DNA of 64,000 nucleotides from the IMG/VR virus record IMGVR_UViG_3300021255_000131, positions 47,049 to 111,048 of that record, one strand, 5' to 3'. Shown piece by piece: positions 43,964 to 58,900 of this stretch (position 1 is its first letter; every line of letters begins with the position of its first letter). Origin of the DNA: a virus (lineage: Duplodnaviria > Caudoviricetes). A model generated the notes under the pieces. It did not search any database. It was not told the DNA's origin and was given only the letters and a program-made list of their open reading frames with translations. Made by a program: the position numbers and the translations under genes.

Positions 43964-46900
43964 ATGGCAGACGAAATTGAACTATCAGTACATATAGACA
44001 ATCAACAAGCACTTATGTCGTTGACAGAATTAGAAGTCAAAGCCGGTGAGATGAGTGAAAGTGTTCAGCAAATGCAATCTGGTATGACAACGCAGCTTCC
44101 CGGTTATGCTGAAGGTATGGCGTTTCAGTATTCTCAATTTCAAGACAACCTGCAACGACTCATCGACTTAAGGCGAAGTATAGATACTGCATCCAGCAGT
44201 TTCGATGCAGATCGTTTGACAGAATCATTTACAAGGTCTTTAAAAACTATCGAAAACGTTTATAAAGATTTTACCGAAAACTTTCAATTTTCCAAAACGA
44301 TTGAAAGCAATCTGTCAGGCATGGGAGACGCTGTTAAGAACAATCTTCTTTCGTCTCTCAGAGAATTACAACCTGAATTGATTGGTGAACTACGGAAATT
44401 CGCAGCTTCGGCAACGCAGGCAGTCGGAGCACAAACAGATAAAAGCTTATTGAATATGTTTGCCGGCAGCGACGCATTTAAGAGACTACAGAGACAATTA
44501 ACACAACGTACTTCTGCTTTTGGCGGTTCTGACGACAGCTCTCTGCATAATCTTCAAACTCTTGCAAAATTAAGTATGCCATTTGCTGTCGCTCAGTATA
44601 ACAGACAACAAATCGTTGACTGGTTTGATAAGACCAATGCTCCCGAAACTTTTAGACAAATGCTTCCTAAAAGCTTTCAGACGATTCCGGCTTACCTTAA
44701 AAATACTCAACTCAGACAACGCGGGAGCAATGCTGCAGAAAACAGGCATTTGACAAACGATGAGAAGAAGGCTTTAGAAAGTATTATAACATCTGATTCG
44801 TTTGCCCTTGATGCCGCAGTTTCTCAGGGTATCGCCAGAAAGCATAACGGACGTATTTTTCTAAACGAATATACAACCAGAGAAATGATTAACGCTATGG
44901 CCGGACGTGTCATGCACGACATCGTCAACGGCGCTCAGGGCGAAGCGCGTTATGGAATTACTGATGTTGAAGATCCAGATGTCTTTTATAAGATCATTCG
45001 CAAAAACAATAAGATGCTGACTGGCAGTTTACAAACTGCCAGAGTGATGAACGATCGTTTTGGATCATGGTTGAATCCCGGATATTATGAAGCGTCTAAA
45101 GGTCGGTTTTCTGAAGGCGGCAAAGATTTAGGCACCGTTCGATTCGCACCGAGAATCGATACGCGCGCTTTTGCTGAATATACGCTCGATGAAATGAAAC
45201 ACGGCGCACAGTTCGACGGGCAACCAGTGACGGAAGAAGGAAGACCAGTCAGGCCAGAAGACTACCATCAGATCACATTGCGAGACAGTATTCATCACAG
45301 AAAATTACGCGCAACGCAGGCCGGTGACAATGTTGAACATAATGGTTTCAGCAGAAACGCTATCTACTTAAAAACTCCAGAAGAAGCTTACGATTATGAA
45401 ACTTCACCTGAAAGATTAAAAGAAATAGAAAAAGATTTAGCCGAAAGAATTGAAAATGGTTATACTGTCAATGGCAGACATTATTCATACGTCAGGCACA
45501 ATGCAACTCATGCCGAATTTGTTCTCGACGATATTATCAAAGAATTAGGCGGCGGGGATTTTGAAAAAGGCAGAAACGTATTTTTAAACGGTGCGCAAAG
45601 ACGATATACGGATCCTGTCAAATTTCATAAGGCGTTAGATTATCAAAATAAGACAGCTACCGACTCTCAAAGGATTGCTGACTTATATGGATCAGACTTA
45701 CGTGGCGCAAAAGTAGTTGTGTCTAACCTTAAAGAGCTCGGTATGGACGGCTTCAATTTAATAAGTGATGAAATTGTTCCGGCCAGCTTTCAAGGCAGAG
45801 AAAATGAGGCAGCCGAAAAAGCTACATATGTTAAGTTCAATATGGCCGGCTTACGAAAACTTTATAAAGATAAAATTGATAGTCAAGGCAATCTTGTTAT
45901 CCCTAAAGCTGCGCCTGGCGGACAAGATTTAGTTATCGGGCCGGATGTTACAATGATAGAAGACCAGGCCAACATAAAAAACTTTGATAGCCTGTATCGT
46001 GACAAAAAAGGAAATCTATTACCTCTTGAAGCAATTAATGCCGCCAGAAGCCAAGTTATGCAGCGCGGGGATCTTTCAGCCAAAGTAACATATGAAGGCG
46101 CTAATACTGAAAAAAGATGGTTGTCTCATCAGATGGTTCAGACTTTAGGTCCTGTTTTTACTCCTGAACTTCGGAAATACTTTATGCAAAATGTTTTCGA
46201 TGAATTAGCTTCGCTTGGTGACGACGAAACTGTACGTAGGAAATTATTTGGCGGGCAAAATATTGATTTAAATTCTCCTGCTGCTCAGCAGACTATACAG
46301 GATTACAGAGATTCTATTTTTGAAAGAATATCTCAAGGTGACCTTTTGGGTCCTGAAGGCGGTATTCAATACGGAATGGCTGCGCCGTGGGTTCCCAGCA
46401 TCGTCAACAAAGCATTGAAGCGTGCTGGAGTTTCGCTAACAAAAGAGCAGGAAAACGCTGCAATCGACGAAAACAACGTTTTATTCATGAACATGCTTGC
46501 CGATACGCTGGGCATTGTTCGCGCTCCGTATTCAGCAGAAGGCAACATTGTCGCCGGTAATGAAGCAGTAAAAGATAATTTTAAAGCATTGGTAAAAACG
46601 CTGGGCCTTGACCCGAATGGTTTATATATGGCGCCTGGCGCTCCAATGCTCAGCTTTATGCAAACAGAAGACTTTGACGGCGACATTAATGCTATCATGG
46701 ACTTAAGCGGCCAAGGCGTTAGCCGGAATAATCCACGCTTTGCTGCCGCCATGAATAAGCTAATGACAGACGCTCAAGCGTGGTACCAAAAAAACATTGT
46801 CGAAAGATCCGGCAGAACACAAGAAGAGCAAGAAGCATTAAAAGCTCAACGTACCATTCAAGCTGCTAATCAGCCTGGTGCCGTGTTCGACATGTTTGAT

Positions 46901-49900
46901 AGTAAAACCAACGCACACGAAATCATTGAAGGCGCGCAAGCCGGGCAAAAGATGGGATTAGCCAACGCTGTTGACCGTAATGCATGGCAGTATGGTGTAT
47001 CTCAACGTGTCGCAAGAGCTCACCGAGATTCAGCGTCTCACTATGACGCTGTTTCTACGTTTTTAAAAGAAAGAAACAATTTTGATTTAACTGAAGACGA
47101 ACGAAAAATTCTCTCTGGCGGCGCTCCATTTGCGGCTATGTTTAAGTGGATAAACGATGCTTTAGAAGATGTAGATGGCAATCGGATGTGGACAGAAAAC
47201 AGTCAAGCGCAATTCAATAAACATAATATTGATAAAGTGAATCTTCCCAGCCAGAAGCAAGGAGATATTCAAGCAGCTTTATATACAAGGTTTTTAGCCC
47301 ATAAACAGGGCTTTGATATTAACGGCAAACTGAATTTAGATGAAATATTTGCTAAGTTACCTGAAGTAGATTTAAACACAGCTACCGGCAGAATGACTCA
47401 GCAGTTAAGAAATATACGGCGCGACATGGGCAAAGGTCTATATGTGGCTTTGTCTGATTCATTGGCCGAAGAAACAAAACTGATGAGTACAATGGCTTAT
47501 AATGAGATCACAAGAGACGTTAATCAAGACAGTCGTTTTGTTACTACGAGCGATAAAAACAAGGAAATTGCAAGACGGTTCAGAGAAGCTGGCGGAGAAG
47601 TAGCGAAAAACATAGATCAATTTGTTGTTACAGAATCTATTGCACGTGGTAACCAAGATTTAAGAAATGAGTTAAAACAGCTTTCTGATTTATCTGGTCA
47701 ACACTCTGTTTTTGGCACGAGCTATGGAATAACATTTAAAGAACCAGAAAAAGTCATTGAGCAGAACAAGCGAGAATTAGAAAGAATTGATAAAGAGAAT
47801 CAAGAAAAACAACGTCGTGTTGATGAAATAAAAGCTAAACAGGCTGGCAATGGCCGCAGGCTTATTTCCGATACGGAATATATGATATATGATCCAAATA
47901 TATCTAAAGAACAAAATATCAAAGAGCGAACTGAACATTTTAAAAAACAAGGTCTTTCTCAAGAAGCAATTGATAAAGATGCAAAAGCTGTTTCAGACTT
48001 GTATGATGCTATTGAATCAGGACAAATAATTGTAGATGACGGAAAGAATTCTAAGTTCAAGGTTAAAAACAATGGACAATGGGTCAACTTAGCCAATGAA
48101 GAGGTTGAAGAGCTCAAGCAATTAAAAACATTAACAACAGAGATCGGTGATAACGACGAAAGAAAAGCAGCTATCGAACAGAATATTGATTTGGCCGAAA
48201 ATCAGATTTCAGCAGCTTATAATTTTATAAAAGCACAAGAGAGGTTTAATGGCATACGGTCTAACGTTGGACAATTTACTTCAGGCCTCTATTCTTCTAT
48301 TGCGAAAAAAGAAAATGAATTAGAAGGATTAAGCAAAGCGGATATATATTATAACGATAAATGGAATATGGCTAATCGTCTTAGCAAAGAGTTGGACGCT
48401 TTTAGAGAATCGCAAGAATTTGCAGCGTTGAGTACGGACGATCAAGATACCATTAATCGCTGGCTTTCCAAAGACAATGGTTTGTTTGCTTTAGTGGATA
48501 AAGATTTAGCAGAAACAACAGCGTTCAAGACTAAGAGAACGCTGGAGCAATATCAAAAAAAGAATGTAAAGCATAATGGGAACGCTGCGATATTAAAAGA
48601 TCGTTTTGAGGCATACGATAAGGATATAGAAAATTTAATAGGATATAGAGATCTGTTAGAGGAACGTTTAGCTGCTGGCGGATTTGACGATAAAACAAGG
48701 GATCTGTTTGAAAAGCGATTGGTAGAATCAAATAAAAATATCACATCTGCGCAGGGCGAAGTTGGGCGACTGAAAGTTTCTGAAGCCACCGAAACATTAG
48801 ATAAAATAAAAAACACTGTAATTAATGACCCATTTCAAAAACTAAAGCAAGGTGCTGCTGAAGCTAAGGTTCAAGTATCAGCTTTGGTTGATGTTCTTGC
48901 AAAAGTATACAAAGATCAAGGTTTAAATGATGCAGAAATAGAAAAGAAAATGAAAAATTATTCGACGCTTACTCAACAAATTGATGAAAACGCTGCATTT
49001 CAAAAAGATGTTTTGGACTTGCAACAGCGTTCTAAAGTTAGACAAATATTAGGCACATATTCAACGGATATAGACAGCTATGACTTAGAAAGACAAAAAG
49101 CTTTTTTGGATTTTAGGCAAGAACAAAGCCGTATCGCAAAAAAATATAATTCAGGAAAGCTTATTACTGACGATGAGCGTCGATTACTTAGCACTTCTTT
49201 TGCAGAGTACAATCGCCGATTTGATGAGAGGCATTTAGATGTATCTTCGTATTTAACTGGAGAGGATGCTGTACGTCATAAAGCCAGCGTTAATGTTGAT
49301 AACGCTAACAAGATCATCGAAAGAATTCGAAAAAGCAAGCTTAATAAAGAAGAGAAAGAGCTTCGCGAAGACACGATAAAAAGGATGTTTGGAGACAATT
49401 ATGTAGATGACCAAGTGGCCGCTTATCGAATTCAACAAAGTATGAAAGATCAGCGACAGTTGATGCAGGCAGAACGCGCCGAGATGCAGGGACAGCAGAT
49501 GCAGCGCAACTGGAATATGCGTGGATTCAGTGATCCTTTCTCTCGTCGTTACATGCAGCGCATGAGCATGTATGACCAGTACCGCAGTCAGTATTCTTAC
49601 AACAAGTTGATGGCAGCTCAGGCTGCGCAGGCTCAGCGTGAGAGAAAGCAAGCGTTAGATCGGCTCAGTCCGAACGCTACTGATGAAGAAAGGGCCAACG
49701 CTCAAACAAGTTATGATACGGCAACAGCGGCACTGAACCATTGGAACGCAGCATTAGAAGCATCTCAGCAAGGCATGCAGCATTTCGGTGACGAAAGCGG
49801 AAACTTCAACAGCTCTATGAACGCTATGGGCGCGGCGATCGATACTGCTGCGGAGGCGTTAGACAGGCTGATCCAAGGCTTTGGCCGGCAGATATTCAAC

Positions 49901-52900
49901 AAGGCGATCAGCGAAGCGAAAGCGTTCACGACACAGTTTGATACGCAGATGCGCACGATCCAGGCTATTACAATGAAGTCTGACAGCGAGATGGCTACAG
50001 TACGCAGGCAGACGATTGACCGTGCGATACAGCTGAAGACACCCGTGGCAAACGTTGCGTCTGTCGAAGCTGACCTGTACCGCCAGGGCTTAAACGACCA
50101 GCAGGTTGAAGAACGCACGAGCGCAATCATCAAGTTTGCTACAGTTGCCGGCGCGAAGGTGACGGATGCCGGTAAGGCAATCACTACGGCGATACAGAAC
50201 GGGCTTGTCTCTTCCGCTACAGAAGCGATGGATGTCCTTGTCGCGCTCGGCGATACAGCCGCTACAACGGCAGAGCAGATCTTCAGAGGTATGCAGAAAT
50301 CCGCTGCCGCCGCCAAGGTGGCGGGCGTCAGCTACGAAGAGCTGACGACGCTGCTGACGATTGGCACGAGCAAGACGCAGCTGAGCGGCCAGGTGATTGG
50401 TACCGGCTTGCAGACGATCTTTAGCCGCATGAACCGCGTTACAAATCAGGGCCTTGTCAACGATCAGTCCGGTGCGACAACTACGATTAACGATGTTGAA
50501 GCCGCCCTGAAGAGCGCAGGCGTTAAGTTAAGAAACGATGACGGCAAGAGTTTCCGCAACAGCTTCGACGTTTTAAGAGACTTAAGTAAAGTCTGGGGCA
50601 ACCTGACGGATATTCAGCGCAGCAATATTACGTATACGATGGCTGGCGGCCGACAGATGAACGTGTTCCAAAGCTTGATGGAAGGTATGTCTGAAGATGG
50701 CGGAGCCGAGCTTGAACGTCTGTTAGGCATGGCTGAGAACAGTGAAGGAACGACCGAGAACAAGTACGCGATCTCGATCAAGAGCGTGACGGCAGCGTTA
50801 GACGAACTGAAGAGTACGTATGATAGCCTTGTCAATACGATCGCCGGAGGTAACTCAATCGCTCCCGCTATCGAAGGTGTCACCGGGATCATCAACGGAT
50901 TCAACAACCTCGTCTCTAATGGACAGAGCTGGGTTGCTGGACTTGCGATTATTGGCGCGGCGCTTGTCGCGTTCGGCGTAAAGGCGATGGTGGCCAATGC
51001 CGCAGTTGAAGGATTTGGCAAAGGTACGCTTGGCGTACTTGGTACTATTCTGTCTCTTGGTGCAGCGGCAGGTATCATCGCTATTGCCGGTGGCGTTGGG
51101 GATATGGTTGAAGGCGCAAGCAATAACACAGAAGAAGCGAGAACGAAGAAGCAGATTGAATCCGGCAATAAGTTCTATGAAGCTCAGATGAAGAGAACAG
51201 CTGATGAGCAGAAACAAATAGATAAAGTAAGAGAACTTGGTGAAGCTTACGAAAGAGCAGAAGGTCAGATGAAAACTGAAAAGGCTGAAGCGTTGAAGAG
51301 TGCATTAGAGGGATTATATACAACGTTAGGTGGATTAAGTGTTGGGTTTGATGAAAACGGTGCTGTTGTACTGAAATGGGCTGAAGCAGTAGGTGAGGCT
51401 CAGAAAAAGGTTACGCAATTAAGATTAGACGCTGCAAAAGTTGCTGACACTGCAAAATTTAAAGAGTTTAGTTCAAATCTTGAAACAGTATTCGATGAAA
51501 ATAATTATACTGTTGGGCTGTATGAAAACAACGGTTTTAACTCAAGAGACATTGTACAAAATTCTTTGACGTATGCTTCGCAGTTTCCGGGTTTATTTTA
51601 TTCTTTGGCTGAATCTGATACTGTAAGAAACGTTATTAAAGGAAAAACTGGACGAGAAGTATTTAACGACGATGTATATACGTATTTAGGATCAATTGGT
51701 ATTGCAGCAGAAGATCAGGAAAAATATATAGTCACAGACGAAAACGGTGATAAAAAGCTTAATGAGGATGCTTTGATTGACTATTTTGCGGCTAAATATT
51801 TATTGGATTTAAACACGCAAGACCCAGAAGAAGTATATAAGCATATCGAAGAAGCCAAGGGACAAAAAATAGAAAATGATTCCGCAATATATCTTTCTAG
51901 TGTATTTAATTGGCTTAAAGGTTTCGAAGGAAGCACGGAATACACAGAGATGTTGAATAATGTTGGCGGCGATATGTCCCAAATAAAACCTGAGACATAT
52001 TTAGAAGCTCTTCAGAATTATCAACAGCATTCTCAATCAAGTTCGTTAAGTGGAGCACAAATTAACGCAAGTGAAGCGAAGATAAGTACAGTAGAATCAT
52101 ATTTGAGAAATAGCAGCCGTCTGTCATATTTATTCAAAGATATGGATCAAAAAGTTTTTGAAGGATTTATATCGCAAGCTATTAAAGATATTAATCCTGG
52201 TCAATATACTGATGCCGGCGAACTTGCAAATGCTACAGAAGCATATATAGGAAACGCAGTTTCCAGATATGCAAATAAAGATACAGAATTTTTGAACAAA
52301 ACTTTTAATCCATATGATTCAAAATATAATTCTCAGATTACGTATACAGGGAAAGATGGTAAGACATATACTTTCGGTACAGAAGAATACGTAGATGCGA
52401 ATGACGCAGAACGTATTCAGACTTTGATCGATCAACACTATAACGAGATGACGAGTATAGATACTGATCCAATGGTATCGGCCGTTGAAGGGGCCGGAGA
52501 CTCAATAGTTGATGCAATTGGCGCACTTGCTGAAGTAATTACAGGAGACGAGACAGCAAAAGAACGGTATGAAGCCCTATTAAGCAAAGGCAAAGAAACC
52601 GCAACCACACCGCAAACTGATCAAACTACATCTGAACCAACAATGTCCAGCTTTGTTGCTCCTGAAGGAGCCATAAAAATTGCTGCTGGGTCTGCGAGCG
52701 ATGTTGGTCCTGGATATAAGCGGCCAGAAGCTCAAGCCAAACAAATGACGCCGCAGGAACGTCTTACAAATTTATATCAGCAAGGTATTGCCGCTGGATT
52801 TACTCCTGCAGAATTGTCAGAGATGGGTTTAAATGAAGCTTTATTCAACTCTTTATCAATTTCTGGTTGGGATGCCAACACGTTTGAAAGCTTTATTGGT

Positions 52901-55900
52901 CCAATAGAAAAGATAATCGGAGAAAGAAACACAAAGTTAGCACTTAAACATGCTTTACCGTACATGTCTTTAGATGAAATGCATGAAGCCGGAGCTATTG
53001 ATGATTCTTTGTATACTGAAGCAAAGCGTCACCGTTGGACGTATGCGGATGTATACAACAGAGGACTATTAAACAACACTATTCTTTCTTCTGAAGCACT
53101 GAGTAATGTAACTTCTAAAATCACTGAAAAACAGGAAGCTGGAAATGCTGAAACAAGAAAGAAAGCGGAAGGTGCAGCGAAACTACATCAAATGTTTGAT
53201 GGGCTAACTGATGAACAAATAGAAGAAAGAAAGGATTTATTGCCTTTTCTTCCGGCGTATAAACAGTTATTAATCGACGAAGCGTTTATGGCTGGGGCCG
53301 AACTTAAACCAATGTCTTCGTCTGTCACGCCGTTAGATGTAGACATATTAAAAGACGATACGGAAAGAAGCCGCAAAAGGCCTGAGTTTATTAAAGCGTT
53401 GGCGGATAAAGGTATTACGAGCTATGCTGACTTTGAGAGAGGTTTAGATTCACAATGGATTGATGGATTGCTTTTAGATGTGCTTCCTGCTATTGGATGG
53501 ACTTCGAAACAACTGGTTGATCATGGATTATTAACACAAAAACAAATAGACGAAGGAGATTATGATGCGATTAGAGGAGTGGCAGAAATGCTATATGGTG
53601 CTTTTTTTAGTCGAAAGGAACATGATGAAACATACGGCACAACTTCAACAGGTATATCAACTTATAAAGATTTGCAAATTTCTCAAACGCCATATGATTA
53701 CAAAGAAACAGACGAGCCTTTTGTAGGAAAAAAAGATAGAATAAGGACAAATTCTGTTAAAGAAAAAGCAAATGAGATAAAGATAGCAGCAGCGCACGAG
53801 GGCTTTAGGAGATCGCAACACGCTGGCGCAACTGTCGCAGAATCACTTAGTATAGCGCAACAAGCATCCGATGCTGCAGAAGAAATAATCGAAGATACAA
53901 TCGAAGAAACGCTTGGTACCGATGGCCCAGTTGACTTGCCAAAGCTCGGAGATTTGCAACTTAATGAAATTACCAGAAATCTTAGTGATAAGTTTAGCGT
54001 GTTGTCGAGCGTTGGAGAAATGCTCAGAGCTCCTGAAATTATTAAAGAAGCGGTTGAATCTGTTGGAGAATCGATTGGCAACATGGCTACCGATTTAGTT
54101 AATGGAGTCGTCAGTTTGTTTACGGTTCCGACAGCTGAAACAGACGAAGATCCTGAACTGGTGAGTAGAAGAATTAAGAGAAGTAAAGAGTTAGAAGCCG
54201 CGAAGCAAATTGAAGACGAAAGATTGTCGACAGAAACATATAGGACGGAAAGAAAACGAGGTAAACAGAACACAAAGGATGGTTTAGTAAAGTCTGAAGA
54301 ATCAGGAACTTCTGGAAATACGCTTAAACAAGTTGAAACAAAAGAAAGGAGAAGCCTTGAACAAATCATTGAAGATGCGACCATTAATGGGAACGTAAAT
54401 AATCCTGACTTAAGCGGACTTTATTCTCGTTTATTAACTAGTTCAACAAACGTTAGTACGCTTGCAGAGCTTAACGATATTATTGGTGAAAACGCAGATG
54501 ATTACGAAAAACTATTTTCTAGTAATGAAAAGCTAAGAAAAATAGGCGAAAGCCTCAGAAAAGGTGATGGCGAATACTCCATAGAAGATTTCCGCGAAGA
54601 GTTAAGACAAGGTGCTGCAGGTACTACGCTTAAAACTCTCATGCCTCAAATTACTGGAACAGCCTATACATACGATCAACAACTTGCTGCATTGACCGCC
54701 GTTGAAAACGGTACGGCAACTACAGAACAAATGGATCTGGTTGCGAAGCAGTGGGGGATTGACAGGAATACTCTGATGAATAATAAAGGCGCGTATACAG
54801 TGCTTGAGAGAAACAGGTTGCAAGGAGAAGCTGGGGCAATGGGACGCAGCGCCGCTACTGTGTTTAATAAATTGTTTGATTTTGAGGAAAACGCAGAAAA
54901 CAAAGCTATTTTTGAAGCGCTTCATCCAGAAATATCCGGAGGAGAAGCACGTTTCCGCGCTTTCTGGACTCAATACGCTGGCAACAACGAAGAATACAAG
55001 TCAATGATGGACGCCTACAAACAAGCTGGTTATACGTTTGAGATGAACGACCAAGGGCAAGTTACAGCAAAGTATAACGGCAAGGCTGTTGAAGAAAACC
55101 CGCTAAACCCGTTTGATTGGAATCGCAGACACGTATCAAGAGCGCAGACATTGGCTGACATTAACACCGTAATCAATGGCGGAGAACTAACTGGCAAAAA
55201 CATTGAAGAACGTAAAACACTGTTAAAAGGTTATTCGAGTGAAGTTGCTCAGTATCTCGAAATGGATGATAAACTTCGCGAATCTGCAGAAGGACAAGAG
55301 CTACTCAAGAAAATAAAAATACAGATTGAGGTAGATGGATTAGATAACTTAGTTGCGGTCGGTGAATTAACGCAGGAAGCTGCAACTGCTGCAAAGAATC
55401 TGTCGGCCGGTGGTATTCTCAGATTTGACGCAATGAAATCTATTCGTTCTCAGACGTATTCGAATCAGCAGCTTGGCGGCCTTGCTTCCGCAAGTCCTAC
55501 ATCTTTCACAAAAGAAATGGATCAAGCGTTGATGAGTCAGCTTGGATTAACAGAGGCGCAATACTACTCGCAAGATCGTACACATTGGCAAAATGAATTG
55601 CAGGATTATCTTGGAAGCGACGCTTTTGAAACGAGCATTGTGAACGCGTATGAAGAAGAGATGAAAAACGCGAAAAGCATGAAAGATCGTAATGAGATTA
55701 GAGCGCGTTATCGAACAACGTACGGTTTGCGCGGAGAGCGCGATGGTGGATATTCGATAGACAGAAACTGGTACAACAATCAAAATTACCAAACTGTGAA
55801 TTCTTTTAAAGCGACGCAGCCTATTCATACAAAATCGCAGGTGTTGGAAGCCGCACGAGAGATATATGGTAGACAGTTAAGCGTTGAACAAGCGGACACA

Positions 55901-58900
55901 CAATATAAAGAATATGCTGACGAATTAAAGAGCAGTTATCCTGAGCTGTACGAATATCTTAACACCGATAACGCTGCTCGCAAGGCAGAACTTGAGACGC
56001 AAATCAAGTTGAAGTTTGCTGTTGATGGATTGGCCGATGTGAAGGAATTCAAGACAGAGCTTGAGTCAATCAAAGCTTTGGCGGCGGAGCTGTCTGCGTC
56101 TGGCACCGGCGAACAAAGAATCAACGCGTTGAACGCCGGGTTTGAGGATTTGCAATACAGAGCGTATGTATATCAGCAAGTTGATAAGGTGCGCAAAGGC
56201 GAGATTGGATATCAGGACGTCGCGCCAGAAGTGTGGAAGTATGTGGCCGGTGTTGTTGGCGCCAAAAATGTTGAGACCGCTACAGACGCCCAGAATTATC
56301 AAGACATATATGGAACAAGTCTGATTGACTTACTGTTTAACAATAGCGAAGGTTATCGTCAAGAGCATGAAGCGGCACTGACCGCATTGCTGCAAAACGG
56401 ACAAATTACTGAAGAAGCTGTTACGGCCCTCGGCGGTTCTGTTAGACGTGATAAGAATATTGACGTAGAAGGTAAAGCTACCGTTACGCCGAGAGTTGTT
56501 TTAGACGAGGATTGGTTTAGTGGTGTTAACTATACGCCGAAGCGAAAGTATACCACGGACAGCGTATATTCAAGAGCTGAGAATATGGATATGCTGCGGA
56601 CTATTAGAGAACAAGAAATGAGTTTAGATGCTGCTCAGGGTATATATGAAGATCAGATATCTCAAAGCAGCAGCCTTGTAAAAGCGTTGCAACTTGAAGA
56701 ACGTCGGCGTCAAGGCAAAAAAGTGGACCAAGCAGAAATCGACCAGCTTTGGGAACAAGCTGAGAAAGATTTCTCGAGTGATCCGCTGGCAGGGCAGAAA
56801 GCTCAGCTGACGACGAAAGAATTGGTTAGTCAAGTAAATGATATTGTTGCGGCAGGGGAAGCTGGAAGAGATGTGTTTAAAGGGCTTGACTCTACTGTAC
56901 AGCAGCAGTTGATGAATCTGAACGGATTCTCTCAATTTATGCTGACTCTCGGCGAGAATACTGAAGCCGCCACACAGGCGCAGAAAACGTTGGCAAGGAC
57001 TGTGTTGTCTGAAACTGTCAAAGCGCTTGAAGAAGAGGGAAAAGTTATTAAAGGATTAAGCAGCGATCTCGATACAATCATTTATGGCAACGTCGTAGAT
57101 AGTACAAAGCAGATAAATCAAACGAATGCTGATTTAGTACAGATGGCAAACATCGGTGAAATATATAAACGGCTCACCTCTGGCGGAATTACGAGAGAGC
57201 AGGACTGGAAAGACTTTGCGAGCTTCTTTAACATTCGTGAAGAAGATCTGGTTAAATACCGTACCGGAGAGAAGAGTTTGACGGCCGATTATGGATCCAG
57301 AGTAACTGGCACTGAAACGCTGAGAGCTGATACAGCTATGCAAGCTGCGGAGCAAATTATAAGAGCGAGTCTTAAAGATGAACAGTTGTACGAAACTAAG
57401 GAAGTTGAAGATGTTCCTACAGGGTTTGTCGACAGATTATTCTATAATTTGTATACTGCTGCTGGCGGCTCTAAGAGAATGAAGACAGTAAAAACCGAGA
57501 AAAGCACTGACGAGATTATCGCGGGATTCGAAGGGGAACAGTTGACATCCATAAATAATCAGCTTGAACCATTTGGATTAACGATTCGAGACGGTGAGCT
57601 TGTTAGTATTGACGGCGGCATGGCGGATAAACCGCTGACTATGCAGCAACGTGCCGCCATCGCATCTGCAACAAGAAGTTCTGCAGAAAATACAAGCAAG
57701 GCACATGACTATAGGCTGTTGCTACAATACGGGAGAGGCTTTAAAACAAGAAACTTCAGAGGCAATATGTTTGAAGCCTTAGAGAGACACGCCCAACAAT
57801 TAGCTCAAGGTGACAACTTTACAAGTGATGCTGCTGAACAATTCTTCGCGTCTCAGGAGTATGCTGAATTAAAAGAAAACAACGATTATGAAGGATTAAT
57901 GGCTCGTCTGTTCGCTTTGGAAAACGGACAAGAAGCGTCTAATCCTTACAACATTAACAGCGAAGAAGTTCAAAAGTATCTTACAGCAGCAGAGACCGGA
58001 GACTATAAGACGCTTGCAAAGTTTTCAGAGGAAAAACCTCTTTTGAAAAATTATATGCAAACCATTCCTGGATGGTTTAACATATACAGCCAATATACGA
58101 CAAACCAACCTGTAGATGAAGAAGAGCTGAAAGCATTCAAGGGCGAGCGCGTTTATGCAGAACTTGCTGAAATGGAACGTCTGGGTACCATCAGAAAAGG
58201 CACGGCACAGCTTGGACGTACATTGACAACAGGGACAGAAGAAGAGCAGAGGCAAGCTGTAAATACAGCTGGGTCTGAGATCAGAAGTGCTGCTAACGCT
58301 AAGAAAATTGTGAATGAAATGATTGAAAACACAGATGAAATTACAGATGCGCAATGGGTTGCATTAAAAGCAACTGGCGAAGTAGGCGATACAGAGATAG
58401 CGTATTACAGACAGCACACAGATGAGCTCGACAAATTAAAAACAAGACTTGAGTCAAAAGAAAATGACTTGTCGACTGCGCTCGAAACTGCTTTAGCGAA
58501 AGCGTTCAATCTTGGTTCGTTTGATGATATAATCGCAGACGGAAATGAGCAGATAAAGGCAGCTATAGAAGCATTACTTAATCTTGCTGGATTGCAACTA
58601 AATATAGACGGTGAAAATGTTGATGTTGGAAGATTAAAAGATACTAGGGCAGGATCTGTAATTGTTAGCGAGGCTGCTGATGCAGTGTCAGGATACGGAA
58701 ATAAGCAAACCAACGCAGCGAGGCGTAGACAGTTTTATGAAATTGTATTTGAAAGCGGGGACGCAACAGAGTTCAATGCCGCGTTAGATGCTTTAGGTAA
58801 AGAAAATGAATGGGCGAAAGATGCTGACGAGTGGAAAAAGGTTCTCACGGAGGATCAAGCCAGCTTGATGATGTCAATGCTTAACGGTGGAATCAGTTAT

